A stretch of DNA of 64,000 nt from Candidatus Methylomirabilota bacterium (GCA_035464095.1 DATHSO010000150.1:56593-120592); one strand, 5' to 3'. Positions 1 to 9,367 are shown, counted from the stretch's first letter. The notes: generated by a model from the sequence alone, not told the origin. A program made the numbers and translations.

Positions 1-881
1 TCGGTCACCAGGCGGTGCTGCGGCACGTGGTCGAGCGCGGCGAGACCCTGGCGACCGTGGCCGCCGCGATGACCCTCGACCCCCACCCGGTGAAGCTGCT
101 GCGGCCCCGGCAGGCGCCCCAGCTGGTCACCACCCTGGAGCAGCGCCTCGAGCTGATCGCCCGCACCGGGATCCAGGCGACCCTGGTCCTGCCCTTCACC
201 CACCGCCTGTCGCGGATGCCGGCCGAGGCCTTCGTGCGCGAGGTCCTGGTGGAGCGCCTCGCGATCCGCGAGGTCTACATCGGGGCCAACTTCCGCTTCG
301 GGGCCGACCGCGGGGGCGACGTGGCCCTGCTCGAGCGGATGGGCGCCGAGCTCGGCTTCGCCGCCGCGGCGTCGCCCATCGTCGAGATCCCGAGCGGGGT
401 GGTGTCGTCGAGCCGGGTCCGCGAGGCGGTGGCGGCCGGCGACGTGACGGAGGCGGCGGCCATGCTCGGCCGCTTCGTTTTCATCGACGGTCGCGTGCTC
501 GAGGGCAAGCGCCTCGGCCGCAAGCTCGGTTTCCCGACCCTCAACGTCGAGGTCGACAACGAGCTCCACCCGGCCCGGGGCGTCTACGTCACGGCGGTCC
601 ACATCCCGTCCTTCGGGCGCACCTTCGCCTCGGTCACCAACGTCGGGACCCGGCCCACGGTCTACGAGAACTCGATCCTGACGGTGGAGACCCACCTCCT
701 CGACTTCTCGGCCGATGTCTACCGCGAGCCGGTCCGCCTGTTCTTCCTGCGGCGGCTGCGCGACGAGATGAGCTTCCCGTCCACGGTCCAGCTCATGGCC
801 CAGATCCAGAAGGACGTGGAGGCGAGCCGGCTTCACTTCCTGCAGCACCCGGTCGAGAGCCTGGAGCTGATCATCCCGTGA
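1..881 (+). CDS. ribF: bifunctional riboflavin kinase/FMN adenylyltransferase, 5' end outside window
   Basis: Frame of ORF 15..881 stays open to base 3 (GHQAVLRHV, FAD-synthetase GHxxV motif). C-terminal riboflavin-kinase motifs GRKLGFPTLN and ETHLLDF. Confidence 0.9.
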   Translation, partial: GHQAVLRHVVERGETLATVAAAMTLDPHPVKLLRPRQAPQLVTTLEQRLELIARTGIQATLVLPFTHRLSRMPAEAFVREVLVERLAIREVYIGANFRFGADRGGDVALLERMGAELGFAAAASPIVEIPSGVVSSSRVREAVAAGDVTEAAAMLGRFVFIDGRVLEGKRLGRKLGFPTLNVEVDNELHPARGVYVTAVHIPSFGRTFASVTNVGTRPTVYENSILTVETHLLDFSADVYREPVRLFFLRRLRDEMSFPSTVQLMAQIQKDVEASRLHFLQHPVESLELIIP

Positions 882-1897
882 CCGGCCTCGACGTCGTCGC
901 GGTGCTGTCGGCGTTGATCCTCTCGACGGGGCTCCTGGTGGCGGTGGTGACTGCCGTGTGGTGGTTCGACCGCTACGACCGCGAGCCCCTCCACCTGGTG
1001 GCGGGCGTCTTCCTGTGGGGCGCTCTGGTCGCGCCGGTCCTGTCGGTGGCGGTCAGCTCCTTCCTGGCGGCGGCGTTGCACGTGACGCCGGCAGTCACCC
1101 TCGGTTGGCTCGGGCCGGTGGTGGAGGAGGTGATGAAGGCGGCGGGCCTCGGCCTGGTGGTGCTGCTGTCGCGGGAGTTCGACAACCCCACCGACGGGCT
1201 GGTCTACGGCACCGCCGTCGGGCTCGGCTTCGGCGCCACCGAGAACGTGATCTACGCCGCTGCGGGGCTCGGGGCGGTCGGCGTTGCCGAGACCGCGTCC
1301 CTGGTGCTGGTCCGGACGGCCATGTGCGCCGGGATCCATGCCCTGTCGTCGGCGGCCCTCGGCGGCTGCCTGGGCTTCGCGACCCTTTCCGGCAGCCGCC
1401 GGCGCCGGGTGGGTTGGGCCGCGGGCGGGTTGGCGGCTGCCGTCGCCCTCCACGCGACCTGGAACCTCACGGTGCTGGGCGCGGCTGCGGCGGCCGGGCC
1501 CCGAGTCCCCGAGCTCTGGCTCGCCGCCCTTCCCGTCCTCTACGCCCTGTACCTGGGCATCCTGGCCCTCTTCCTGCGCTCGGAGCAGCGGATCCTGCGC
1601 GAGCTGCTGAGCGAGGAGGTGGCACTCGAGATGGTCCCGGCCTGGGTCTCGGAGGTCATCCCCTCCTATCGACGGCGGATCCGGTCCGACTGGTGGCCGT
1701 CGCGGCGGGAGCGCACCGTCCTGGCGCGGCTGTTGACCCGGCTCGCCTTCCGCAAGTACGCCGTGCGCCGCCTCGGCCGACCCGAATCGGACCTTGCCGG
1801 CCTCGAGGTGGTCCGACTGCGGCAACGGATCCGGGCCATGTTGGCAACCTCCGACGAATGTCAAAGCTCTGTGGAAGGCGAAGCCGCGAGCTCCTGA
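878..1897 (+). CDS. PrsW-family intramembrane protease
   Basis: Multi-TM ORF with PrsW-like motifs FDRYDREP, EEVMKAAG and GLGFGATENVIY. 4-nt overlap with the ribF stop. Confidence 0.7.
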   Translation: MTGLDVVAVLSALILSTGLLVAVVTAVWWFDRYDREPLHLVAGVFLWGALVAPVLSVAVSSFLAAALHVTPAVTLGWLGPVVEEVMKAAGLGLVVLLSREFDNPTDGLVYGTAVGLGFGATENVIYAAAGLGAVGVAETASLVLVRTAMCAGIHALSSAALGGCLGFATLSGSRRRRVGWAAGGLAAAVALHATWNLTVLGAAAAAGPRVPELWLAALPVLYALYLGILALFLRSEQRILRELLSEEVALEMVPAWVSEVIPSYRRRIRSDWWPSRRERTVLARLLTRLAFRKYAVRRLGRPESDLAGLEVVRLRQRIRAMLATSDECQSSVEGEAASS

Positions 1898-1919
1898 TTT
1901 CCGGCCGGCGACCTACCAT

Positions 1920-2681
1920 GTGAGTGTGACCAGCCGAGTCGCCGACCTTTCGTCGCCGGAGCTGCTGGCCCTGGTCCGCGGCGGCAGCCTGGACGACCTC
2001 GAGGTGCTGGAGGTCCTGCGCAGCCCCTTCTGCACCGCCCAGATCGCCGAGCTGGTGGCGTCGGACCGGGAGCACCTCGGGACCCAGTCGGTGCGGGAGC
2101 TGCTGGCGGGGTTCCCCGGCTTGAGCAACGCGCGGGCCATGAACCTCCTGTCATCGCTGCCCTGGACCTCGCTGCTGGCGGTGGCCCAGGCGCCCCGGAC
2201 CCCGCCGCTGGTGCGGCGACAGGCCGAGCGCAAGCTCATTCTCCAGGTCCACTCCATGGCTCTGGGCGAGAAGGTCGCCATGGCGAGGCGGGCGCATCGG
2301 GCCCTGTTTACGGCCCTCGTGCGCGAGGGCGACCCGATGATCCTGAGCGCGCTGCTCGACAACCCGCGCCTGGTGGAGAATGACATCGTGGTGCTCGTCA
2401 ACACCCGGGAGCCGCCTCCCGAGCTGCTGGGAGAGATCGTTCGGCACCACCGCTGGGGTCAGTGCTTCGGGGTTCGGCGGGCCGTCGTCGAGTGCCCGAC
2501 CAGCCCGCTTCCCTTGGCGCTGAGCGTCCTGGTCCAGCTGCCGCCCGTCGAGCTCCAGCGCATTGCCGCCAAGGAGCGGCTGCCGGAGCGCCTGCGGGAC
2601 GCAGCCTCGGCGCTGCTTTGCCGTCGCGAACGGGGCGAGGGGCCGGGGGCGGGGATCGGGAACGGGATCGGGGTCGGTTGA
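1920..2681 (+). CDS. hypothetical helical-repeat protein; start uncertain, C-terminus runs into a repeat block
   Basis: ORF 1794..2681; the first GTG after the prsW-like stop is at 1920. C-terminal ~100 aa are paralogous to ORF 3764..4840. The last 11 codons (GAGIGNGIGVG) are encoded by the GGGATC/GGGAAC repeat. Confidence 0.55.
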   Translation: MSVTSRVADLSSPELLALVRGGSLDDLEVLEVLRSPFCTAQIAELVASDREHLGTQSVRELLAGFPGLSNARAMNLLSSLPWTSLLAVAQAPRTPPLVRRQAERKLILQVHSMALGEKVAMARRAHRALFTALVREGDPMILSALLDNPRLVENDIVVLVNTREPPPELLGEIVRHHRWGQCFGVRRAVVECPTSPLPLALSVLVQLPPVELQRIAAKERLPERLRDAASALLCRRERGEGPGAGIGNGIGVG

Positions 2682-2885
2682 CTCCCGCGGGGGCGCGAGC
2701 GACTGTTCGCTGCCACTGCCACTGCCACTGCCACTGCCACTGCCACTGCCACTGCCACTGTTCCTGATCACTGCCGCTGGTCGCTGTCCCTTGTCACCGG
2801 CGCTGGTCGCCGCCGATGGAACTCCCTCGGGCACGGGCACGGGCACGGGCACGGGGCCGGGAAGGAGGGGAGAAAAAGGGGAATC
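2650..2885. repeat. mosaic block of five different short-tandem-repeat modules (element E1)
   Basis: Modules in order: GGGATC/GGGAAC units 2650..2677; 19-mer junction 2692..2710; (CTGCCA)x8.5 2710..2760; GCTGGTCGCYG words 2761..2820; (GCACGG)x4 2831..2854; purine run GGGAAGGAGGGGAGAAAAAGGGGAA 2859..2883. Confidence 0.9.
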
Positions 2886-2918
2886 GACGGGCGCGCCGCG
2901 AACCCTGCGCAGCAGTGG

Positions 2919-2924
2919 TAAGAT
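2919..2924 (+). promoter_or_regulatory. -10-like hexamer 6 nt before the rodZ-like GTG
   Basis: TAAGAT at 2919..2924; GTG at 2931. Confidence 0.35.
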
Positions 2925-2930
2925 CCTGGG

Positions 2931-3764
2931 GTGGTGACGGTTGACGAACCGACCCGGACCGACCCCAGAGCCTTCGGCGAGCAGCTGCGGAGGGTGCGCG
3001 AGAGCGCCGGACTGGAGATCGAGGACATCAGCGCCGAGACCAAGGTCTCGCGGCGGGTCCTCGAGGCTCTCGAGGGGGGGAATTTCGGCACCCTGCCGGA
3101 GCGGGTGTTCTGCCGGAGCTTCGTCGCCCAGTACGCGGGCACCATCGGGATCGACCCCGATCCCCTGGTGGCCGCCTTCGACCGGGCCTGGCAGGACCAC
3201 ACCGAAAGCTCGGGGATCCATGCACGCCCGGTGCCGGAGGTGGCCGACCTGAGCCCGTCCATCCGCTGGCGCTTCTGGATCCCCATCGCCGCCGGCGCTC
3301 TCATCCTGTTGGTGGCCGGAGGCGTGATCCTGAGCGGCTCGTCGTCGGGCCCCCAGGGCCTCAAGCCGGACCCGAGGCGTTCGGGGTCGCGGCAGACAGT
3401 CTCTCAACCGACCCAGCCACCGACGATTCCGGTCCCTCCGGTGGGCACGGCCACGGCGACGGTGCCCGAGCCTGCCGAAGACGCTGTGGTCCGGATGACG
3501 GTCGAGGTGGACGAGGGCGAGGAGTGCTGGATCCACTACCGGGACAGTGAGGGCATGACCGGTCAGCAGCTCCTCACCGGGGGTGAGCGGGTCGCCCTGG
3601 ACCTCCCGGTCCCGGTGAAGCTGACGGTGGGCAATGCCGGCGCCGTCCGGGTGAGCGTGGACGGCCGGACCTTCGGCGATCTCGGTCTGCCCGGCCAGGT
3701 GATCCACACCGAGATCACCGACGACGGCATTCGTCCTCTGGAGTCGGGTGGGTTCGGGGGCTGA
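2931..3764 (+). CDS. rodZ: RodZ-like cytoskeleton-associated protein (N-terminal HTH, TM segment, C-terminal beta domain)
   Basis: N-terminus FGEQLRRVRESAGLEIEDISAETKVSRRVLEALE is XRE-type HTH. Single TM WRFWIPIAAGALILLVAGGVIL. C-terminus LTVGNAGAVRVSVDG is DUF4115-like. Confidence 0.65.
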   Translation: MVTVDEPTRTDPRAFGEQLRRVRESAGLEIEDISAETKVSRRVLEALEGGNFGTLPERVFCRSFVAQYAGTIGIDPDPLVAAFDRAWQDHTESSGIHARPVPEVADLSPSIRWRFWIPIAAGALILLVAGGVILSGSSSGPQGLKPDPRRSGSRQTVSQPTQPPTIPVPPVGTATATVPEPAEDAVVRMTVEVDEGEECWIHYRDSEGMTGQQLLTGGERVALDLPVPVKLTVGNAGAVRVSVDGRTFGDLGLPGQVIHTEITDDGIRPLESGGFGG

Positions 3765-4840
3765 TGAGCCGCTTCGAGACCACCGACGACCTTCTCAACG
3801 GGATCCTCGAGGGCAAGGTTCCGCGCCAGGTGCGGCTGTTCGCCGCCCAGGGCCTGCTGCCGATCTCGCGCGAGGACCTGTTGCGCCTCCAGGTGCTGCT
3901 CTCCACGGACCCCGACACCGAGCTCGCGAAGGTCGCCGAGGCGTCGGTGGCGGAGGTCGAGGAGGCGACCCTGGTCGACTGGGTCAAGAGCTACACGCAC
4001 CAGCCGGTGGAGCTCGACCTCCTGGTGAGGCTTCGGGACGAGGACTCGATCTGGGCGGCGGTGGCGACCAGCCCCGAGGTCTCCGACGAGACCCTGCGGG
4101 TGCTGGCCAAGAACGGCGGCAACGTCGTCCAGGACATCATCATCACCAACCAGGTGCGGATCTTCAACTGCCTCGAGATCCTCGAGGACCTGAGGGCCAA
4201 CCGGCACATCGCCGACACCATCCTGCGCCGGGTTCGAGAGTTCGAGGAGGAGTTCCTCGAGAAGGCACTGGCAGCGGAGGGGGCCCTCGGCGGGACCGAC
4301 GCACCGAACATCGAGGAGGCCCTGGCGGCGCTGCGCCTGATCGGGGCCCACATCCCGGCCCTCGACCGCCTTCCCTACCAGCGGCCGCACGAGGATGCGG
4401 GCCTGCAGGAAGCGGTGGGGCTGCTCGGCGGTGGCGACACGGCGTTCAGCCGGCTGCTCAAGATGAACATCAAGGAGAAGGTGATCTGCGCGCTGAAGAG
4501 CAGCCGTGAGGAGCGCGCGATCCTCATCAACTCCCGCAACCGGCTCGTGGTGCGGGCGGTGCTGGCGTGCCCGCGGCTGTCCGACGGCGAGGTCGAGGTC
4601 TTCGCCGGCTCGCGCACCGTCGACACCGAGGTGCTCCGGATCATCAACCGCAACCCGCGCTGGACCAGGCGCTACCAGGTCGCCCTCCAGCTGTGCCTCA
4701 ACCCGAAGACCCCGGTGGAGATCTCCATGCGCCTGGTTCCCAGGCTCAACACCCGCGACCTCAAGCGCCTCGCCATCAACCGGAACGTCAACCCGGTGGT
4801 GCGGCGGTCGGCCCAGAACATCGCCCAACGGCGCCGCTGA
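3764..4840 (+). CDS. hypothetical helical-repeat protein, paralogous tail to ORF 1920..2681
   Basis: 358-aa ORF start-coupled to the rodZ-like stop. No recognisable catalytic motif. Confidence 0.6.
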   Translation: MSRFETTDDLLNGILEGKVPRQVRLFAAQGLLPISREDLLRLQVLLSTDPDTELAKVAEASVAEVEEATLVDWVKSYTHQPVELDLLVRLRDEDSIWAAVATSPEVSDETLRVLAKNGGNVVQDIIITNQVRIFNCLEILEDLRANRHIADTILRRVREFEEEFLEKALAAEGALGGTDAPNIEEALAALRLIGAHIPALDRLPYQRPHEDAGLQEAVGLLGGGDTAFSRLLKMNIKEKVICALKSSREERAILINSRNRLVVRAVLACPRLSDGEVEVFAGSRTVDTEVLRIINRNPRWTRRYQVALQLCLNPKTPVEISMRLVPRLNTRDLKRLAINRNVNPVVRRSAQNIAQRRR

Positions 4841-4969
4841 CGGCTGTCGGGCGGCACACGAACCTCATTGCCAGAGAAGACCTTGCGGTCCGGGCGGCGT
4901 TGCTTTGCCGGTGTGGATATGGTAATCAATTGACTGCAGGCCAACCTGCGGAACCACCGCGAGAAATCG

Positions 4970-5638
4970 ATGGCGAAGTCATACAACCTCTACGAGATCC
5001 TCGGGGTCGAGCCGGATGCGAGCGAGGCGCAGATCCGCACCGCCTTCCGAAAGCTCAGCTTCCAGCACCACCCCGACCGTTTCAGGGGGCCGGAACGGGC
5101 CCGGGCCGAGGAGCGCTTCCAGGGCATCACCGAGGCCTTCAACGTCCTCAGCCGGCCCGAGAGCCGGGCCAAGTACGACAACAACCTGGCCCAGGGCCAG
5201 GCAGACAGCGCCGCCATGGAGCCGGCCGAGATCGCCCGCAGGCTGGCGTCAAGGGGCGCACAGACCCTCCGCGAGGGACGGGTCTCCGACGCGGTGGCGG
5301 AGCTCAAGTCCGCCCTCGACCACGACGAGGCGTGCTCACGAGCGCACTACTTCATGGGCCTCGCCCTGTCACGGATCAGCGATCGCGACAAGGAGGCGCT
5401 CCGCCACATGGAGCGCGCCGCCACCCTCGAGCCGCGCAACGCCGTGATGCTCGCCGAGGCCGCCGTGCTCGCGCTCAAGGTGGGCATGCGGGCCAAGGCG
5501 CAGCGCCTGGCCGACCAGGCCCTGACCTTCGACCCGACCAACGACAAGGCGGCCAAGGTCCTCCAGACATCGAACGAAGAGGACCCGTCCGCGAGCGGCG
5601 AAGGCGGTCTGCTCGGACGTCTGCGGCGGAGGGGCTGA
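4970..5638 (+). CDS. J-domain (DnaJ-like) protein with TPR repeats
   Basis: N-terminus YEILGVEPDASEAQIRTAFRKLSFQHHPDR is a J-domain with the HPD motif. TPR-like helices follow. Confidence 0.8.
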   Translation: MAKSYNLYEILGVEPDASEAQIRTAFRKLSFQHHPDRFRGPERARAEERFQGITEAFNVLSRPESRAKYDNNLAQGQADSAAMEPAEIARRLASRGAQTLREGRVSDAVAELKSALDHDEACSRAHYFMGLALSRISDRDKEALRHMERAATLEPRNAVMLAEAAVLALKVGMRAKAQRLADQALTFDPTNDKAAKVLQTSNEEDPSASGEGGLLGRLRRRG

Positions 5639-5644
5639 GGGATC

Positions 5645-6457
5645 GTGGCCATCAACCCCAACCGCGTCATCGGCTATCGGCTCGAGTCCGCAGGCGCGAC
5701 CGACGTCGGCCGCAAGCGCCAGCTCAACGAGGACGTCTTCCTGACCGACGAGTCGCTGGGCCTCTACCTGGTGGCCGACGGCATGGGCGGCCACGCCGCC
5801 GGCGAGGTCGCCTCCCGCCTGGCGGCCGACGAGATCTTCCGCACCCTCGGCGGGCGCGGCGGGAGCGTGGAGGAGACCTGGCCGGAGCACTGGGACCGCG
5901 ACCGCAGCGTCACCGCCAACCTGCTGGTGGACGCGATCCTGTCCGGACACGAGCGGGTCACCAACGCCGTCAACCGCGACGCCAACCTCAAGGGGATGGG
6001 CACAACCGTGGTGGTCGCGGTGCACCCGCCGGCGAGTCGGCACCTGGTGGTGTGCCACGTCGGCGACAGCCGGGCCTACCGCTGGCGCCGCAGCCAGCTC
6101 GAGATCCTGACCGAGGACCACTCCTGGGTCCACGAGCAGGTGGCTGCGGGCTTCCTGTCCGAGGAGGCCGCCCGCAACCACCCCCTCAAGAACGTGGTGA
6201 CCCAGGCCCTGGGAGGCAGCGCCGAGCCCAAGGTGGACATCCTCGAGACCGAGATGATGCACGGCGACCTCTACATGCTGTGCTCGGACGGGCTCAACTC
6301 GATGCTCACCGACGAGGAGATCGCCGACTTCCTCGCCCGGGCGGACAACCTCGACGAGTGCACCGGCCGGCTCATCGACGCCGCCAACGAGCGGGGCGGC
6401 AACGACAACGTCACCGTCGTCCTGCTCCGGGCCTGCCAGATCACCCCGAAAGCCTGA
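5645..6457 (+). CDS. PP2C-family Ser/Thr protein phosphatase
   Basis: Motifs DVGRKRQLNEDVF, LVADGMGGHAAGEVAS, GDSRAY and GGNDNVTVVL. Confidence 0.9.
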   Translation: MAINPNRVIGYRLESAGATDVGRKRQLNEDVFLTDESLGLYLVADGMGGHAAGEVASRLAADEIFRTLGGRGGSVEETWPEHWDRDRSVTANLLVDAILSGHERVTNAVNRDANLKGMGTTVVVAVHPPASRHLVVCHVGDSRAYRWRRSQLEILTEDHSWVHEQVAAGFLSEEAARNHPLKNVVTQALGGSAEPKVDILETEMMHGDLYMLCSDGLNSMLTDEEIADFLARADNLDECTGRLIDAANERGGNDNVTVVLLRACQITPKA

Positions 6458-6607
6458 AGCTCCAGGCCCGACCGCCCAGGCCACCGTCGTCCGAGCCCGG
6501 CGATCGAGCGTCCACCACCCGGCAGGGCAGGGGAATGGTCGGGCCGGGTCCGAGGTTGCCGCAGTCGAGCAGGCGCCGCCGGAGCGCCGCCAACGAGGTG
6601 CACGCCC

Positions 6608-8293
6608 ATGGCCGACTTCCATCTGCCGCCATCACCGCAGTTCTCCGGCGTGCCCGGGCCGCTGCTGCTCGTCATCCTCGACGGGGTCGGGCTGTATCGC
6701 GGAGCCGCCGAGGGCTACCCGGCCAACGCCTTCGACCTGGCCGCCACGCCGAAGCTCGACCGCCTTCTCGCCGCCGCGCCCGTGCGGCTCGAGCTCAAGG
6801 CCCACGGCACCGCGGTCGGGATGCCGTCGGACGCCGACATGGGCAACTCGGAGGTCGGGCACAACGCCATGGGGGCGGGCCGGATCTTCGCCCAGGGGGC
6901 GAAGCTGGTCAGCGACGCCATCGCGGCGGGCACCATCTTCGCCGGCCCGGTGTGGCGCGAGCTGGTCGAACGGGTGCGCGACGGCGGCGGCACCTTCCAC
7001 CTGATCGGGCTGGTCTCGGACGGCAACGTCCACAGCCACATCGACCACCTCGAGGCCCTGATCCGCCGCCTCGCCGGGGAGGGCGTGCCCAGGGTCCGCC
7101 TCCACGCCCTCGCCGACGGCCGGGACGTGGACCCGGTCACCTACCACCTCTACCTGGAGAGGCTGGAAGCCGTGTTCGACGAGCTTCGGGCGGGTGGCTG
7201 CGACGTGGCGGTGGCGTCGGGCGGCGGCCGGATGGCGATCACCATGGACCGTTACAACGCCAACTGGGAGATGGTCCGGGTGGGCTGGCAGACCCACGTT
7301 CTCGGGCGCGGCCGGAGCTTCCGGTCGGCGGCGGAAGCGGTGGCGACCCTGCGCGCCGAGCGCCCAGGGGTCATCGACCAGGACCTTCCCCCGTTCGTGA
7401 TCGAGGACGGCGGCGGCCGGCCGCTCGGGGAGATCGTGGACGGCGACTCGGTGGTGTTCTTCAACTTCCGCGGCGACCGCGCGATCGAGATCTCCCGGGC
7501 CTTCACCGAGGACGACTTCCGATTCTTCGACCGGGAGCGACGCCCGGAGGTGGCCTACGCCGGCATGATGCAGTACGACGGCGACCTCCAGATCCCGCCC
7601 CGGTACCTGGTGGAGCCGCCCGCCATCGCCCGGACCGTCTCGGAGTACCTGGTCCACAACGGCGTCGCCCAGCTGGCCACGGCCGAGACCCAGAAGTACG
7701 GGCACGTGACCTACTTCTGGAACGGCAACAACTCCGAGAAGTTCGACCCGGCGCTGGAGGACTGGGTCGAGGTGCCGAGCGACGTGATCCCTTTCGAGCA
7801 GGCGCCGGAGATGCAGGCCGACAAGGTGTGCGGGGTGGTGGTGGATGCCCTCGCGAGCGGCCGCTACCGATTCCTGCGGGTCAACTTCGCCAACGGCGAC
7901 ATGGTCGGCCACACCGGCGTCCTCGAGGCCGCGGTGACGGCCATGGAGGCGCTGGACCGGTGCGTGGGGCGGCTCGAGGAAGCGGTCGCCGAGGCCGGTG
8001 GCACCATGATCGTCACCGCGGACCACGGCAACCTCGAGATGATGTGGGAGGTGGACCGGGCCACCGGCCACGTCAAGCTCGACGGCGACGGCAAGCCGGT
8101 GGTCAAGACCAGCCACACCCTGTCGCCGGTGCCGTGGCTGCTGGTCGGCGAGCGCGCCGACGAGCTCGTTCCCAACCCCGAGGTGAAGGCACCGGGGCTC
8201 GGCAACCTGGCCGCCACCATCCTCCTGCTCCTCGGCTTCTCCGCCCCGGCCGACTACCTGCCGCCCCTGGTCGTCCCCAAGGCTGCCGGGTGA
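6608..8293 (+). CDS. gpmI: 2,3-bisphosphoglycerate-independent phosphoglycerate mutase
   Basis: Motifs MGNSEVGHNAMGAGR, SDGNVHSH, NGDMVGHTG and ADHGN. Confidence 0.9.
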   Translation: MADFHLPPSPQFSGVPGPLLLVILDGVGLYRGAAEGYPANAFDLAATPKLDRLLAAAPVRLELKAHGTAVGMPSDADMGNSEVGHNAMGAGRIFAQGAKLVSDAIAAGTIFAGPVWRELVERVRDGGGTFHLIGLVSDGNVHSHIDHLEALIRRLAGEGVPRVRLHALADGRDVDPVTYHLYLERLEAVFDELRAGGCDVAVASGGGRMAITMDRYNANWEMVRVGWQTHVLGRGRSFRSAAEAVATLRAERPGVIDQDLPPFVIEDGGGRPLGEIVDGDSVVFFNFRGDRAIEISRAFTEDDFRFFDRERRPEVAYAGMMQYDGDLQIPPRYLVEPPAIARTVSEYLVHNGVAQLATAETQKYGHVTYFWNGNNSEKFDPALEDWVEVPSDVIPFEQAPEMQADKVCGVVVDALASGRYRFLRVNFANGDMVGHTGVLEAAVTAMEALDRCVGRLEEAVAEAGGTMIVTADHGNLEMMWEVDRATGHVKLDGDGKPVVKTSHTLSPVPWLLVGERADELVPNPEVKAPGLGNLAATILLLLGFSAPADYLPPLVVPKAAG

Positions 8294-8300
8294 GCGTAAA

Positions 8301-8330
8301 TTGACCCGTTCTTCGGCGCTCTGGTAGAGT
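8301..8330 (+). promoter_or_regulatory. sigma-70-like promoter directly abutting the accA start (leaderless candidate)
   Basis: TTGACC - 18 nt - TAGAGT, then 6 nt to ATG 8337. No SD. Confidence 0.5.
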
Positions 8331-8336
8331 CCGTCG

Positions 8337-9290
8337 ATGGCTTCCCCGACCCTGCCCTTTCTGGAGCCCATCGAGTCCCTGCGCGCCGAGGTGCGGGAGC
8401 TCGAGGCCGCGTCGGCGGGCTCCAAGCCGAGCGCCGCCCTGGTCAAGAAGCGCCGCGCCCTGGCCGCCGCCATCGACACCGTGTTCTCGTCGCTGACCCC
8501 TTACCAACGCTGCCAGGTGGCCCGACATCCCGACCGTCCGTACACCCTCGACTACATCTCGGCCCTGTTCACCGACTTCACCGAGCTCCACGGCGACCGC
8601 CGCTACGCCGACGACCCGGCCATTGTGGCGGGCTTCGCGCTCTTCGACGGCGATCCCGTGGCGGTGGTCGGCCACCAGAAAGGCCGGGACACCGGGGGCA
8701 AGCTCCACCGGAACTTCGGCATGCCGCGGCCCGAGGGCTACCGCAAGGCCCTGCGCATCATGCAGCTCGCGGCCCGCTTCCGGCGACCCGTGATCTCCTT
8801 CGTCGACACCCCCGGCGCCTACCCGGGGATCGACGCCGAGGAGCGCGGCCAGGCCGAGGCGATCGCCAACAACCTCCTCGAGATGGCCCGGCTGCCGGTT
8901 CCCGTGATCGTGGTGGTCACCGGCGAAGGCGGCTCCGGCGGGGCCCTGGGCATCGGGGTCGGGGACCGCATCCTGATGCTCGAGCACGCCGTCTACTCGG
9001 TGATCTCGCCCGAGGGGTGCGCGGCGATTCTCTGGAAGGACCAGGCGCGGGCCGAGGACGCCGCGCGGGCGCTCCGGCTCACCGCCCGCGACCTCAAGGA
9101 GCTCGGCGTGATCGACGAGATCCTGCCCGAGCCCCAGGGCGGCGCCCACATGGACGCTCCGGCCATGGCCAAGACGGTGGTGACGGGGATCCGCCGCCAC
9201 CTGCGGCAGATCCGGAAGGTCCGGCCCGACGCCCTCGTCGCCCGCCGCTACAAGAAGTTCCGAAGTATGGGGTTCGTGACCGATCGCTGA
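8337..9290 (+). CDS. accA: acetyl-CoA carboxylase carboxyltransferase alpha subunit
   Basis: Motifs [36 protein letters not shown] and [13 protein letters not shown]. Confidence 0.92.
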   Translation: MASPTLPFLEPIESLRAEVRELEAASAGSKPSAALVKKRRALAAAIDTVFSSLTPYQRCQVARHPDRPYTLDYISALFTDFTELHGDRRYADDPAIVAGFALFDGDPVAVVGHQKGRDTGGKLHRNFGMPRPEGYRKALRIMQLAARFRRPVISFVDTPGAYPGIDAEERGQAEAIANNLLEMARLPVPVIVVVTGEGGSGGALGIGVGDRILMLEHAVYSVISPEGCAAILWKDQARAEDAARALRLTARDLKELGVIDEILPEPQGGAHMDAPAMAKTVVTGIRRHLRQIRKVRPDALVARRYKKFRSMGFVTDR

Positions 9291-9367
9291 GGGGAGGCCC
9301 GCCCCGTGAGTGATCTCGTCCCGCCGCCGTCGTCGGCGCCGCGGTATCCGTCGGCCCGAGGTTCGGC

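Noticed and set aside
2710-2760. The tandem arrays (here and at 21026, 45481, 52300) as CRISPR arrays
   Set aside because: The units are 6-13 nt and directly adjacent with no unique spacers. There are no cas genes. This is not CRISPR architecture.
2462-2937. ORFs translating the tandem repeats (HCHCHCHC at 2462..2767, PLPLPLPL at 2563..2937, AVAVAVAV at 2459..2758; likewise 20256..20552 and 20981..21253)
   Set aside because: They are translations of hexamer arrays in arbitrary frames on both strands, with no start context and mutually overlapping. I treat them as non-coding repeats.
4567-8304. 1245-aa ORF on the plus strand, plus similar giant ORFs at 25256..28888, 16861..19758(-), 42582..45203(-), 29219..30646 and others
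   Set aside because: Their composition is Arg/Pro/Gly/Ala-rich without motifs. They lie in alternative frames or antisense to genes with clear family signatures (gpmI, lptFG, ptsI, the kinase, the sulfatase-like gene). This is the typical long spurious ORF of high-GC DNA.
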